From the NCBI RefSeq assembly GCF_988242995.1, contig NZ_OZ547043.1: 64,000 bases of DNA, one strand, 5' to 3'. The notes beneath the pieces are model-generated. The model searched no databases. It was not told where the DNA came from and saw only the letters and a program-made list of their open reading frames with translations. Both the position numbers and the translations under genes were made by a program. Below, piece by piece: positions 55,379 through 64,000 of this stretch. Position 1 is the stretch's first letter, and the number at the start of each line of letters is the position of its first letter.

Positions 55379-57343
55379 ATGAACATTTCGGAAGTCGATC
55401 TGCATAAACTGACGGTCAGCGATCCGTTCCTCGGTCAGTACCAACAACTGGTCCGCGATGTGGTGATTCCTTATCAGTGGGACGCCTTGAACGATCGTAT
55501 CCCAGAAGCGGAACCCAGCCATGCGATTGAAAACTTTCGCATTGCCGCAGGACTGCAAGACGGTGAATTTTACGGGATGGTGTTTCAGGACAGCGACGTC
55601 GCCAAATGGCTGGAAGCGGTAGCCTGGTCGCTGTGCCAGAAGCCGGATGCCGAACTGGAAAAAACCGCTGACGAGGTAATCGAACTGGTCGCTTCCGCCC
55701 AGTGCGAAGATGGCTATCTCAATACTTACTTTACGGTAAAAGCGCCCGAAGAACGCTGGAGCAATCTGGCGGAGTGTCATGAACTTTACTGCGCCGGTCA
55801 TCTGATTGAAGCCGGAGTCGCCTTCTTCCAGGCCACGGGCAAGCGGCGCTTGCTGGAAGTGGTTTGCCGTCTGGCCGATCATATCGACAGCGTATTTGGT
55901 CCAGGTGAAAGTAAGTTACACGGTTATCCTGGTCACCCGGAAATTGAACTGGCGCTAATGCGCCTGTATGAAGTGACCGAAGAGCCGCGCTACCTGGCGC
56001 TGACGAACTATTTTGTCGAACAGCGTGGTGCGCAACCGCACTATTACGACCAGGAATATGAAAAGCGCGGGCAGACCTCGCACTGGCACACCTACGGCCC
56101 GGCGTGGATGGTGAAAGATAAAGCCTACAGCCAGGCGCATTTGCCCATCGCACAGCAACAAACCGCCATCGGACATGCAGTACGCTTTGTATATCTGATG
56201 ACTGGCGTCGCACATCTGGCGCGTTTAAGTCACGATGAAAGCAAGCGTCAGGATTGCCTGCGGCTGTGGAACAATATGGCCCAGCGTCAGTTATATATTA
56301 CCGGCGGCATTGGCTCACAAAGCAGCGGCGAAGCGTTCAGCAGCGATTACGATCTGCCGAATGACACGGTTTACGCCGAAAGCTGTGCTTCCATCGGCCT
56401 GATGATGTTCGCCCGGCGAATGCTGGAAATGGAAGGCGACAGTCAATATGCCGATGTGATGGAGCGCGCACTGTACAACACCGTGCTCGGCGGCATGGCG
56501 CTGGATGGCAAACATTTCTTCTATGTGAATCCGCTGGAAGTACATCCAAAATCGCTGAAATTCAACCATATCTACGATCACGTTAAGCCGATCCGCCAGC
56601 GTTGGTTTGGTTGCGCTTGTTGTCCGCCAAATATCGCCCGCGTGCTGACCTCGATTGGTCATTATCTCTACACGCCGCGTGAAGATGCGTTGTATATCAA
56701 CATCTACGCAGGAAACAGCATGGAAGTGCCGGTAGAAAATGGCACGTTGCGCCTGCGGGTTAGCGGGAACTATCCGTGGCAGGAACAGGTGACAATTGCG
56801 GTTGAATCGCCCCAGCCGGTGCGTCATACGCTGGCTTTACGTCTGCCGGACTGGTGCACACAGCCGCAGATCATATTGAATGGGGAAGAGGTCGGGCAGG
56901 ATATTCGTAAAGGGTATTTGCACATTACCCGCGAATGGCAGGAGGGCGACACACTGAATCTGACTTTGCCAATGCCGGTACGTCGCGTTTACGGTAACCC
57001 TCTGGTGCGTCACGTCGCCGGAAAAGTGGCGATTCAGCGCGGCCCGCTGGTGTATTGCCTGGAACAGGCCGACAACGGCGAGTCACTGCATAACCTGTGG
57101 CTGCCTACCGATGCGCCATTTACGACCTTTGACGGCAAGGGATTGTTCCGCCATAAGATCTTAATCCAGGCACCGGGTTACCGGTATGAACAGAGCAATC
57201 CAGAGCAGCAACCGCTGTGGCATTACGACAGCGCGCCAGCCAAACGCCAGCCGCAAACCCTGACCTTTATCCCGTGGTTTAGCTGGGCCAACCGGGGTGA
57301 AGGCGAAATGCGGATCTGGGTGAATGAGGAAACCAGCGCATGA
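55379..57343 (+). CDS. Glycoside hydrolase family 127 / DUF1680 protein (beta-L-arabinofuranosidase-like), 655 aa
   Basis: Start trimmed to ATG 55379 preceded by SD aaggag; contains the Cys-rich CACCPPN motif and conserved Glu/Cys positions typical of HypBA1-type enzymes; family assignment from recalled motifs, not from a search. Confidence 0.75.
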   Translation: MNISEVDLHKLTVSDPFLGQYQQLVRDVVIPYQWDALNDRIPEAEPSHAIENFRIAAGLQDGEFYGMVFQDSDVAKWLEAVAWSLCQKPDAELEKTADEVIELVASAQCEDGYLNTYFTVKAPEERWSNLAECHELYCAGHLIEAGVAFFQATGKRRLLEVVCRLADHIDSVFGPGESKLHGYPGHPEIELALMRLYEVTEEPRYLALTNYFVEQRGAQPHYYDQEYEKRGQTSHWHTYGPAWMVKDKAYSQAHLPIAQQQTAIGHAVRFVYLMTGVAHLARLSHDESKRQDCLRLWNNMAQRQLYITGGIGSQSSGEAFSSDYDLPNDTVYAESCASIGLMMFARRMLEMEGDSQYADVMERALYNTVLGGMALDGKHFFYVNPLEVHPKSLKFNHIYDHVKPIRQRWFGCACCPPNIARVLTSIGHYLYTPREDALYINIYAGNSMEVPVENGTLRLRVSGNYPWQEQVTIAVESPQPVRHTLALRLPDWCTQPQIILNGEEVGQDIRKGYLHITREWQEGDTLNLTLPMPVRRVYGNPLVRHVAGKVAIQRGPLVYCLEQADNGESLHNLWLPTDAPFTTFDGKGLFRHKILIQAPGYRYEQSNPEQQPLWHYDSAPAKRQPQTLTFIPWFSWANRGEGEMRIWVNEETSA

Positions 57344-57345
57344 TG

Positions 57346-57380
57346 CGACGCTTAACGCGTCTTATCAGTATCAACATATC
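57346..57380. repeat. REP-like palindromic element downstream of the GH127 gene
   Basis: gatgcgacgcttaacgcgtcttatcag resembles the E. coli REP consensus. Confidence 0.6.
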
Positions 57381-57414
57381 GGTGCGGTTGCCCGCCAACC
57401 ATCGAAACGCGAGA

Positions 57415-57825
57415 TTAAACGCCCGGCAATACACGCCGGGCAGCTTCCGCCAGAAACGCACTTCTGTTGGCATAGTCTGGGTTATTGCGCACGTAGGTAT
57501 CAATCTTGTTCAGTAATCTTTTTGGCATCGTAATATTGATACGTTCAGCCCGACCTTCGAACTGATTCATATTGATATCCACCAGCAACCATTGCCCGCC
57601 AATAAAGTCCTGCGCACGCTGGACCAGATGTGTTTCCACAGAGCCTGGAAGCGGCAACTCTTCATTCATCTCGCATAAGGTTTCGAAGTGCGCGACCAGT
57701 GCACTTCGCGCATCCTGGAAAGCGTAGTCCAGCGTATCACCAGCAAAATAACAGCCTGGAACATCAGGGAAAAAACCGCTGGCACTGCCGTCAGGATCAC
57801 TGTGGATATAGGCGGGATAAAACAT
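57415..57825 (-). CDS. hicB: HicB-family antitoxin (RNase-H-like N-domain plus C-terminal ribbon-helix-helix), 136 aa
   Basis: MFYPAYIHSDPDGSASGFFPDVPGCYFAGDT... N-terminus typical of HicB/UPF0150; C-terminal RHH-like segment (INITMPKRLLNKIDTYV); 14 bp downstream of hicA. Confidence 0.8.
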   Translation of the reverse strand: MFYPAYIHSDPDGSASGFFPDVPGCYFAGDTLDYAFQDARSALVAHFETLCEMNEELPLPGSVETHLVQRAQDFIGGQWLLVDINMNQFEGRAERINITMPKRLLNKIDTYVRNNPDYANRSAFLAEAARRVLPGV

Positions 57826-57841
57826 ATTGCCTCCTGAAATT

Positions 57842-58027
57842 TTAAAATGTTAAACCAGCCTGACGCCCAATTTGCGCCAGCGTACCGGGCTTAATATCTT
57901 TTTTAGGGTGCGGAACCGTCACCAGACCCGGATGAACAGGGTGGCGGAACTGATGATGACTGCCACGGGTTCGAATATGTTCCCAGCCATGCTGCTTCAG
58001 GATGGCGATCACGTCTGCACTTTTCAC
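57842..58027 (-). CDS. hicA: HicA-family mRNA-interferase toxin (61 aa)
   Basis: MKSADVIAILKQHGWEHIRTRGSHHQFRHPVHPGLVTVPHPKKDIKPGTLAQIGRQAGLTF; matches the YcfA/HicA pattern (GSHH..F.HP...G.VTVPHP.KD...GTL..I.KQAGL). Confidence 0.85.
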   Translation of the reverse strand: MKSADVIAILKQHGWEHIRTRGSHHQFRHPVHPGLVTVPHPKKDIKPGTLAQIGRQAGLTF

Positions 58028-58239
58028 ATCCCTGCCCTTCCATGATTATACACACGATACACACACAATTAGCGATAACAATCACGATAGCGCGATTTAT
58101 ATGGGCCGTCAGGGGGATAAAGTTGACTCGCTCGGAAGGAGAATAACGGTGTGCAGTAACTTGTTGAAAAGATGCGAGGAGACTCGTAATTAAGTTCAAT
58201 CAATATTCAGTCATTCAAGACGTAGACATTTGAATTGGT

Positions 58240-58285
58240 AAAACGCGTAAGCGTCGCATCAGGCAATGAATACCCAATGCGACCA
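58240..58285. repeat. REP-like palindromic element between hicA upstream region and aldB 3' end
   Basis: gcgtaagcgtcgcatcaggcaatgaatacccaatgcgacc contains REP-type inverted repeat. Confidence 0.5.
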
Positions 58286-58295
58286 GCTTCTTATA

Positions 58296-59834
58296 TCAGA
58301 ACAGCCCCAACGGTTTATCCGAATAGCTCACCAGCAGGCACTTGGTTTGCTGGTAATGCTCAAGCATCATCTTATGGGTTTCGCGTCCGATGCCCGACTG
58401 TTTGTAGCCGCCAAACGCCGCATGTGCCGGGTAAGCGTGATAACAGTTGGTCCACACGCGCCCAGCCTGAATGCCGCGCCCCATCTTATAGGCCAGATTA
58501 CCGTTGCGGCTCCAGACACCCGCGCCCAGGCCATATTGCGTGTCGTTCGCCAGCTCCAGCGCTTCTTCCATCGTTTTGAAGGTGGTCACCGCCAGCACCG
58601 GACCAAAAATTTCTTCCTGGAACACGCGCATATTATTCTGACCAAACAGAATCGTCGGTTCGAGGTAGTAGCCGTCTTTCAGTTCGCCTTCCAGCAGCTT
58701 GCGCCGCCCGCCGGTGAGCACATCAGCGCCTTCTTTTTTACCGATATCAATGTAATTGAGGATGGTTTCCAGTTGCCCGTGCGAAACCTGCGCCCCCATT
58801 TGCGTCACGCTGTCGAGTGGGTTACCGCTACGAATGCTTTCGACACGGCGGATGGCGCGTTCCATAAAGCGTTCGTAGATAGACTCCTGCACTAAAGCAC
58901 GGCTTGGACAGGTGCAAACTTCGCCCTGGTTAAAGGCAAACAGTGCAAAGCCTTCCAGCGCTTTATCGAAAAAGGCATCTTCTTCATCCATCACATCAGC
59001 AAAGAAGATATTTGGCGATTTGCCGCCCAGCTCCAGGGTTACCGGAATAATGTTTTGCGTAGCGTATTGCATAATTTGTTGGCCCACTTCCGTTGAGCCG
59101 GTAAACGCCACTTTAGCGATGCGTTTCGAGGTCGCCAGATATTCGCCAATTTCCCCACCTGCACCGTTGACCACGTTCACCACGCCTGGCGGCAGTAAAT
59201 CACCGACGATTTCCATTAGCAGCAGTACAGAAAGCGGGGTAAGACGTGCGGGTTTCAGCACCACACAGTTGCCCGCCGCCAGCGCGGGGGCCATTTTCCA
59301 GCTCGCCATCAGCAGCGGGAAGTTCCACGGAATAATCTGCCCCACCACGCCTAACGGTTCGTGGAAGTGATAAGCCACAGTTTCGCTATCCACTTCACTA
59401 ATACCGCCTTCCTGCGCCCGAATACACGAGGCGAAATAGCGGAAATGGTCAATCGCCAGCGGCACATCGGCAGCACTGGTTTCGCGAATGGGTTTGCCGT
59501 TATCCCAGGTTTCAGCGGTCGCTAACAGTTCGAGGTTCTGCTCCATCCGATCGGCAATCTTAAACAGAATCGCCGCGCGATCCTGCACCGAGGTATGCGC
59601 CCATTTATCTTTCACTTTGTGCGCAGCATCCAGCGCCAGATCGATATCTCGTTTGCCCGAAGACGCCACTTCGCACAGCAGCTGCCCGGTCACCGGCGTC
59701 AGGTTCTGGTAATACTCGCCGTCGGCAGGGGCTACCCATTCGCCGCCAATAAAGTTGTCGTAGCGGGCTTTTAACTTGAGGGGGAAACCATACTCGCCGG
59801 GCTTAATCTGTGCTGAAGGGGGATTATTGGTCAT
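58296..59834 (-). CDS. aldB: Aldehyde dehydrogenase B (AldB), 512 aa
   Basis: Start trimmed from 59924 to ATG (plus-strand cat 59832-59834; [17 protein letters not shown]...); ALDH motifs (catalytic Cys in GQNCTCPSR-like context). Confidence 0.93.
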   Translation of the reverse strand: MTNNPPSAQIKPGEYGFPLKLKARYDNFIGGEWVAPADGEYYQNLTPVTGQLLCEVASSGKRDIDLALDAAHKVKDKWAHTSVQDRAAILFKIADRMEQNLELLATAETWDNGKPIRETSAADVPLAIDHFRYFASCIRAQEGGISEVDSETVAYHFHEPLGVVGQIIPWNFPLLMASWKMAPALAAGNCVVLKPARLTPLSVLLLMEIVGDLLPPGVVNVVNGAGGEIGEYLATSKRIAKVAFTGSTEVGQQIMQYATQNIIPVTLELGGKSPNIFFADVMDEEDAFFDKALEGFALFAFNQGEVCTCPSRALVQESIYERFMERAIRRVESIRSGNPLDSVTQMGAQVSHGQLETILNYIDIGKKEGADVLTGGRRKLLEGELKDGYYLEPTILFGQNNMRVFQEEIFGPVLAVTTFKTMEEALELANDTQYGLGAGVWSRNGNLAYKMGRGIQAGRVWTNCYHAYPAHAAFGGYKQSGIGRETHKMMLEHYQQTKCLLVSYSDKPLGLF

Positions 59835-59993
59835 GATCGTCTCCTTGCAGTGTGAGGTATAACAAGGGTAGACGTGACTGGCGAAATCTTCGCCAGTCGG
59901 TAACAGCTTTACGACGGCTATCACGAATTTACGGGCAAGGACTACAGAGATAACTAAAACTCTCTCAAAAATCGCAAATTTTGAGATAGTTTA

Positions 59994-60024
59994 AAAAATG
60001 GCTGACAATTAGCCAGCCATTGGG
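59994..60024 (-). terminator. Rho-independent terminator downstream of yiaY
   Basis: Hairpin ATGGCTGACAATTAGCCAGCCAT with T-run on minus strand (A-run on plus). Confidence 0.6.
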
Positions 60025-60034
60025 GGAATGATGA

Positions 60035-61186
60035 TTACATCGCAGCGCGATAAATTGCCACAATCTCTTCGTGAGTTGCCTGAATCGGGTTAGTAAACCC
60101 ACACGCATCTTTCAGGGCATTGGTGGCCAGTACCGCGAAATCCTCTTCTTTCACGTTCAGGTCACGCAGGCCTGCCGGGATATTCACTTTCTTCGCCAGT
60201 TCACGGATGGCATTGATGCACGCTTCTGCGCCTTCCGCGTCATTTTTGCCTGTCACGTTAACGCCCATGGCAGCAGCACAGTCACGCAGACGCGCAGCAG
60301 CGACTTTGCTGTTGAACACCTGAACGTGTGGCAGCAGAACGGCATTACATACACCATGTGGCAGGTTGTAGAAACCGCCCAGCTGGTGCGCCATCGCATG
60401 AACATAACCAAGAGATGCGTTGTTGAATGCCATGCCAGCGAGGAACTGGGCATAAGCCATTGCTTCACGCGCTTTAGCATTGCTGCCATCTTCAACGGCT
60501 AACGGCAGATTTTCGGCAATCATGGTCACCGCTTTCAGTGCGCAAGCGTCAGTGATCGGCGTTGCAGCAATTGAAACATACGCTTCAATAGCGTGTGTTA
60601 AGGCATCCATACCGGTTGCGGCGGTCAGTGACTTCGGCATACCGATCATCAGAGAGGAGTCATTGACAGAAAGCAGCGGGGTCACGTGCTTATCAACAAT
60701 CGCCATTTTGATGTGACGCGCTTCGTCAGTGATGATGCAGAAACGGGTCATTTCAGAGGCCGTACCCGCCGTGGTATTGATGGCGATCATCGGCAGCTGC
60801 GGTTTTGCAGAGCGGTCAACGCCTTCATAATCGCGAATATCGCCACCATTGGCCGCCACCAGCGCAATACCTTTTGCGCAGTCGTGTGGAGAACCACCGC
60901 CTAAGGAAATCACGCTATCGCAATTATTTTCTTTAAGTAATTTCAAACCTGCAGCGACGTTTTCCGTGGTGGGGTTAGGTTGGGTGCCATCATAAATAAC
61001 ACTAAAAATATTGCGTTCTTCCAGTGCTTTTTGCACATCACCCGCCATACCCAATTTCGTTAACATATTGTCAGTGACAATTAAGGTACGGGTAAATCCA
61101 TAATCTGCCATCATATTCATTGCATCATTCAATGAATCAGCACCAATAACATTCACGGAAGGAATAAAAAAGGTTGAAGCTGCCAT
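60035..61186 (-). CDS. yiaY: Iron-containing (group III) alcohol dehydrogenase YiaY, 383 aa
   Basis: Fe-ADH family ORF with NAD-binding GGGSPHD motif. Confidence 0.9.
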   Translation of the reverse strand: MAASTFFIPSVNVIGADSLNDAMNMMADYGFTRTLIVTDNMLTKLGMAGDVQKALEERNIFSVIYDGTQPNPTTENVAAGLKLLKENNCDSVISLGGGSPHDCAKGIALVAANGGDIRDYEGVDRSAKPQLPMIAINTTAGTASEMTRFCIITDEARHIKMAIVDKHVTPLLSVNDSSLMIGMPKSLTAATGMDALTHAIEAYVSIAATPITDACALKAVTMIAENLPLAVEDGSNAKAREAMAYAQFLAGMAFNNASLGYVHAMAHQLGGFYNLPHGVCNAVLLPHVQVFNSKVAAARLRDCAAAMGVNVTGKNDAEGAEACINAIRELAKKVNIPAGLRDLNVKEEDFAVLATNALKDACGFTNPIQATHEEIVAIYRAAM

Positions 61187-61283
61187 AACACACTCCTGAA
61201 AGTGTAAAAAAGGGCGGGCAGCTTACTGAGGATTTTCATTCAAAAATATGATCAGTATTATTGATTATCAAAATTAATCTAAT

Positions 61284-61322
61284 AAAAAGCACATTGTATT
61301 CATTAAACAATGTGCTTTTTTT
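61284..61322 (-). terminator. Rho-independent terminator downstream of selB (bidirectional hairpin)
   Basis: AGCACATTGT...ACAATGTGCT hairpin flanked by A-run and T-run. Confidence 0.7.
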
Positions 61323-61375
61323 AAATTCATAAGAATTTTGTATTAATTTATTTTAAAACTTAATTAATCATTTCC

Positions 61376-63220
61376 TTATTTTTCCGGAAATAATAATGCG
61401 TCGCGCAATAAATGATCATTTCCACGACGACGCGTAAAGCCAATGCGGTCAAAATATTCCAAAATCTGAATTGCCAGCTTTCGGCCTACACCTAAGCGAT
61501 CGCGGAAATCCGCCGCGCAGGTTGAACCACACTCCTGATCGAGATCGCGGATCATATTGGCAAACTCGACAATCCGATCGTTACGGTAATAACGATCTTT
61601 AACGATCGCGGTAATTATCCCCTGCTGCGCCGCCTGGCGTAGCGTCAGGCGCATTGCCTGCTCGTCGGTTCCCGTCTCTTTTGCCAGGTCACGCACCCAC
61701 CACGGTTCGTCACCAAACAGCGGCTCTGCTTTTTGCCAGACGACCTGCTGCTCTTCGCTGAAGCCCGCTTTATGATCCGGCAGATGCAGCCAACCGTGAT
61801 GACTGAGGATGTCGCCGCTTTCGCGCATCTTTTCAATCAGCAACAGTACCAGCGCTTCATCTTCCATTGGCAACGCCATACGTCGCAGACGTTCGCGCCC
61901 AGGACCAGGTTCATCGCGATGTTGCTCATGATAAGTCGCTAATGTGTCGAGAATTTTCCGCTGCCAGCGGGCGGCAACCGGCGCATTCAACAAGCTATAA
62001 CCAGCCTGAATATAGCCAGGCTGTTGCAGCAGTTCGCGCATCCCTTCGCCGTTGAGCTGCCGTGCCCAGGCGAAATCCGCAAGGTTAACCGCTCCGCGTT
62101 CCAGATGAACAGATAACGCATCGGCATCGCTCTGCGCCCGTGCAAGAGACGCCAGCCATTGCAGATATTCCGGCTTACGCTTACCGCGACGCGGCGGGTT
62201 AAGCATCACCACACGCGCCCCCGCCAGCGTGTTGCGGGCCGAGATATCGCGCAGCACCAGGCGATCGTTATCCGCCAGCCATAGCGGCGTGTCGAACACC
62301 AGCTCGGCAAGGTTATCTTCCAGCAGCGAAACGCGTCCCGTGACGTGGCTGGCGGCGTGGTGAATATGCAGCGGCTGCCACTGGGTCAGCGGTGTATGGG
62401 TTTGAAGCTCGACAATCACCCGTGTGAAAGGCTCCGGCGGCGCATCGGCAAGCAGCCAGTCACCACGGTGAATCTGCTCTTTTTCCGCATCACCCGCGAT
62501 GTTAAGCGCGATACGCTGACCGGCATGGGCAGTTTCTGTTGGCTGATTTTGCGCATGCAGCGCACGCACGCGCATCGGTTTATTTACACCAGTCAGCCAT
62601 AGTGAATCGCCTACCTTCACTTCCCCGCTTAACGCCGTACCGGTGACGACCAGCCCGGCACCTTTTACGGTAAATGCACGGTCGATCGCGAGGCGGAAAC
62701 TATGTTGGCTGGCGTGTTCACGTTCTGGTAACTGAAGCAAATGCTCGCGCAGGGCATCAATTCCCCGACCTTCGGTTGCTGCGGTGATAAACAGTTTTGC
62801 CTCAGCAAAACCGTATTCCCGCAGCACCTCCTTTACCTGGCGTTCAACCTCATCAACACGCGCTTCGTCCACGCGATCGGCTTTGGTCAGCGCCACTGTC
62901 AGCATCGGGTTACCGGTCAGCTGCAAAATCGCCAGATGCTCACGGGTCTGTGCCATCACGCCGTCATCGCACGCCACCACCAGCAGCGCATGATCGATAC
63001 CCCCGACGCCCGCCAGCATGTTGGAAAGAAACTTTTCATGACCGGGAACGTCGATAAAACCAGGCACGCGGCCATCCGGCTGCGGCCAGTAGGCATAACC
63101 GAGATCGATGGTCATGCCGCGCTTTTTTTCTTCCGGCAGACGGTCGGCATTTACGCCAGTAATCGCCTGCAATAAGGTTGTTTTGCCGTGGTCAACGTGT
63201 CCGGCAGTCGCAATAATCAT
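61376..63220 (-). CDS. selB: Selenocysteine-specific translation elongation factor SelB (614 aa)
   Basis: N-terminal GTPase ([10 protein letters not shown]) plus winged-helix C-terminal domains. Confidence 0.95.
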
Positions 63221-64000
63221 TTCAACAACATCTCCAAAAACCGTTGCTCATCTTCAAGGCAGCGTAAATCCAGCCACAATCGTCCGTCATAAATACGACC
63301 AATCACCGGCACTGGCAATTCACGCCAGCGGGCGGCTAATGACTCAAGGTGGCTACCGCGTCCATCATGGGGTGTAAACGTTAATGCCGCGCTCGGCAGG
63401 CGATCAACCGGCAGCGAACCACTGCCAATCTGCGAAAGACATGGCATAACCTGTACCGCAAACTCCGCGCCGTAATGTGCGGCAAGGGGAGCCTGTAAAC
63501 GTTGTGCCTGGATTTGAATGACCTCTGCGCTGCGGGTAAGCAGGCGCAGGGTCGGTAATTTTTCACTCAGAGCTTCAGGGTGTAAATAAAGACGCAACGT
63601 GGCTTCCAGCGCCGCGAGGGTCATTTTATCCGCGCGTAATGCACGCTTCAGCGGGTGGCTTTGCAGGCGGGCGATCATCTCTTTTTTACCAACGATAATC
63701 CCTGCCTGCGGCCCGCCTAACAACTTGTCGCCGGAGAAACTCACCAGACTGACGCCCGCCGCAATCAACTCCTGCGGCATTGGCTCTTTCGGCAAACCGT
63801 ACTGGCTAAGATCAACCAGCGAGCCACTGCCTAAATCAGTCACTACGGGAACATCCAGCTCTTTGCCGAGCGCCACCAGTTCCGCTTCATCTATCGCTTT
63901 GGTGAATCCCTGAATGCTGTAGTTACTGGTATGTACTTTCATCAACAGCGCGGTATTTTCATTCACCGCCTGGCGATAATCATTAGCGTGCGTGCGGTTG
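63217..64000 (-). CDS. selA: L-seryl-tRNA(Sec) selenium transferase SelA, C-terminal part (gene continues beyond window end)
   Basis: Reading frame open to window edge; C-terminal sequence recognised as SelA; stop overlaps selB start. Confidence 0.85.

Overview
This window is an Escherichia coli-type chromosomal segment, collinear with the K-12 bcsE–selA region, with about 55 recognisable genes. In order: bcsE' (3' part), bcsF, bcsG, LDR-D (ldr/rdl) locus, yhjV, dppFDCBA (minus strand), proK tRNA-Pro, eptB, yhjX, yhjY, tag, yiaC, bisC, yiaD, ghrB, yiaF, yiaG, cspA, hokA, glyS, glyQ, ysaB, wecH, yiaA, yiaB, xylBA / xylFGHR, bax, malS, avtA, ysaA, yiaJ, yiaKLMNO-lyxK-sgbHUE, aldB, yiaY, selB and selA' (3' part). 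Gene identities were assigned by recognising the translated ORFs and their synteny; start codons were re-checked against the sequence and several ORF-track starts were trimmed. Comparison with K-12 is from memory, not from a search. Four places depart from the K-12 layout as I recall it: (1) the LDR-D type I toxin-antitoxin unit is present as two diverged tandem copies; (2) an IS200-like element sits between wecH and yiaA; (3) the hokA locus is not interrupted by an IS; (4) between sgbE and aldB, where K-12 has yiaT–yiaW, there is a cassette of an AraC-family regulator, a GPH-family symporter and a GH127/DUF1680-type glycoside hydrolase, followed by a HicA/HicB-like toxin-antitoxin pair bracketed by REP-like palindromes. 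The fourth is the most interesting candidate: a compact, apparently uncharacterised sugar-uptake/hydrolysis module. I found no CRISPR array, no phage structural genes and no unassigned ORF with convincing coding character.
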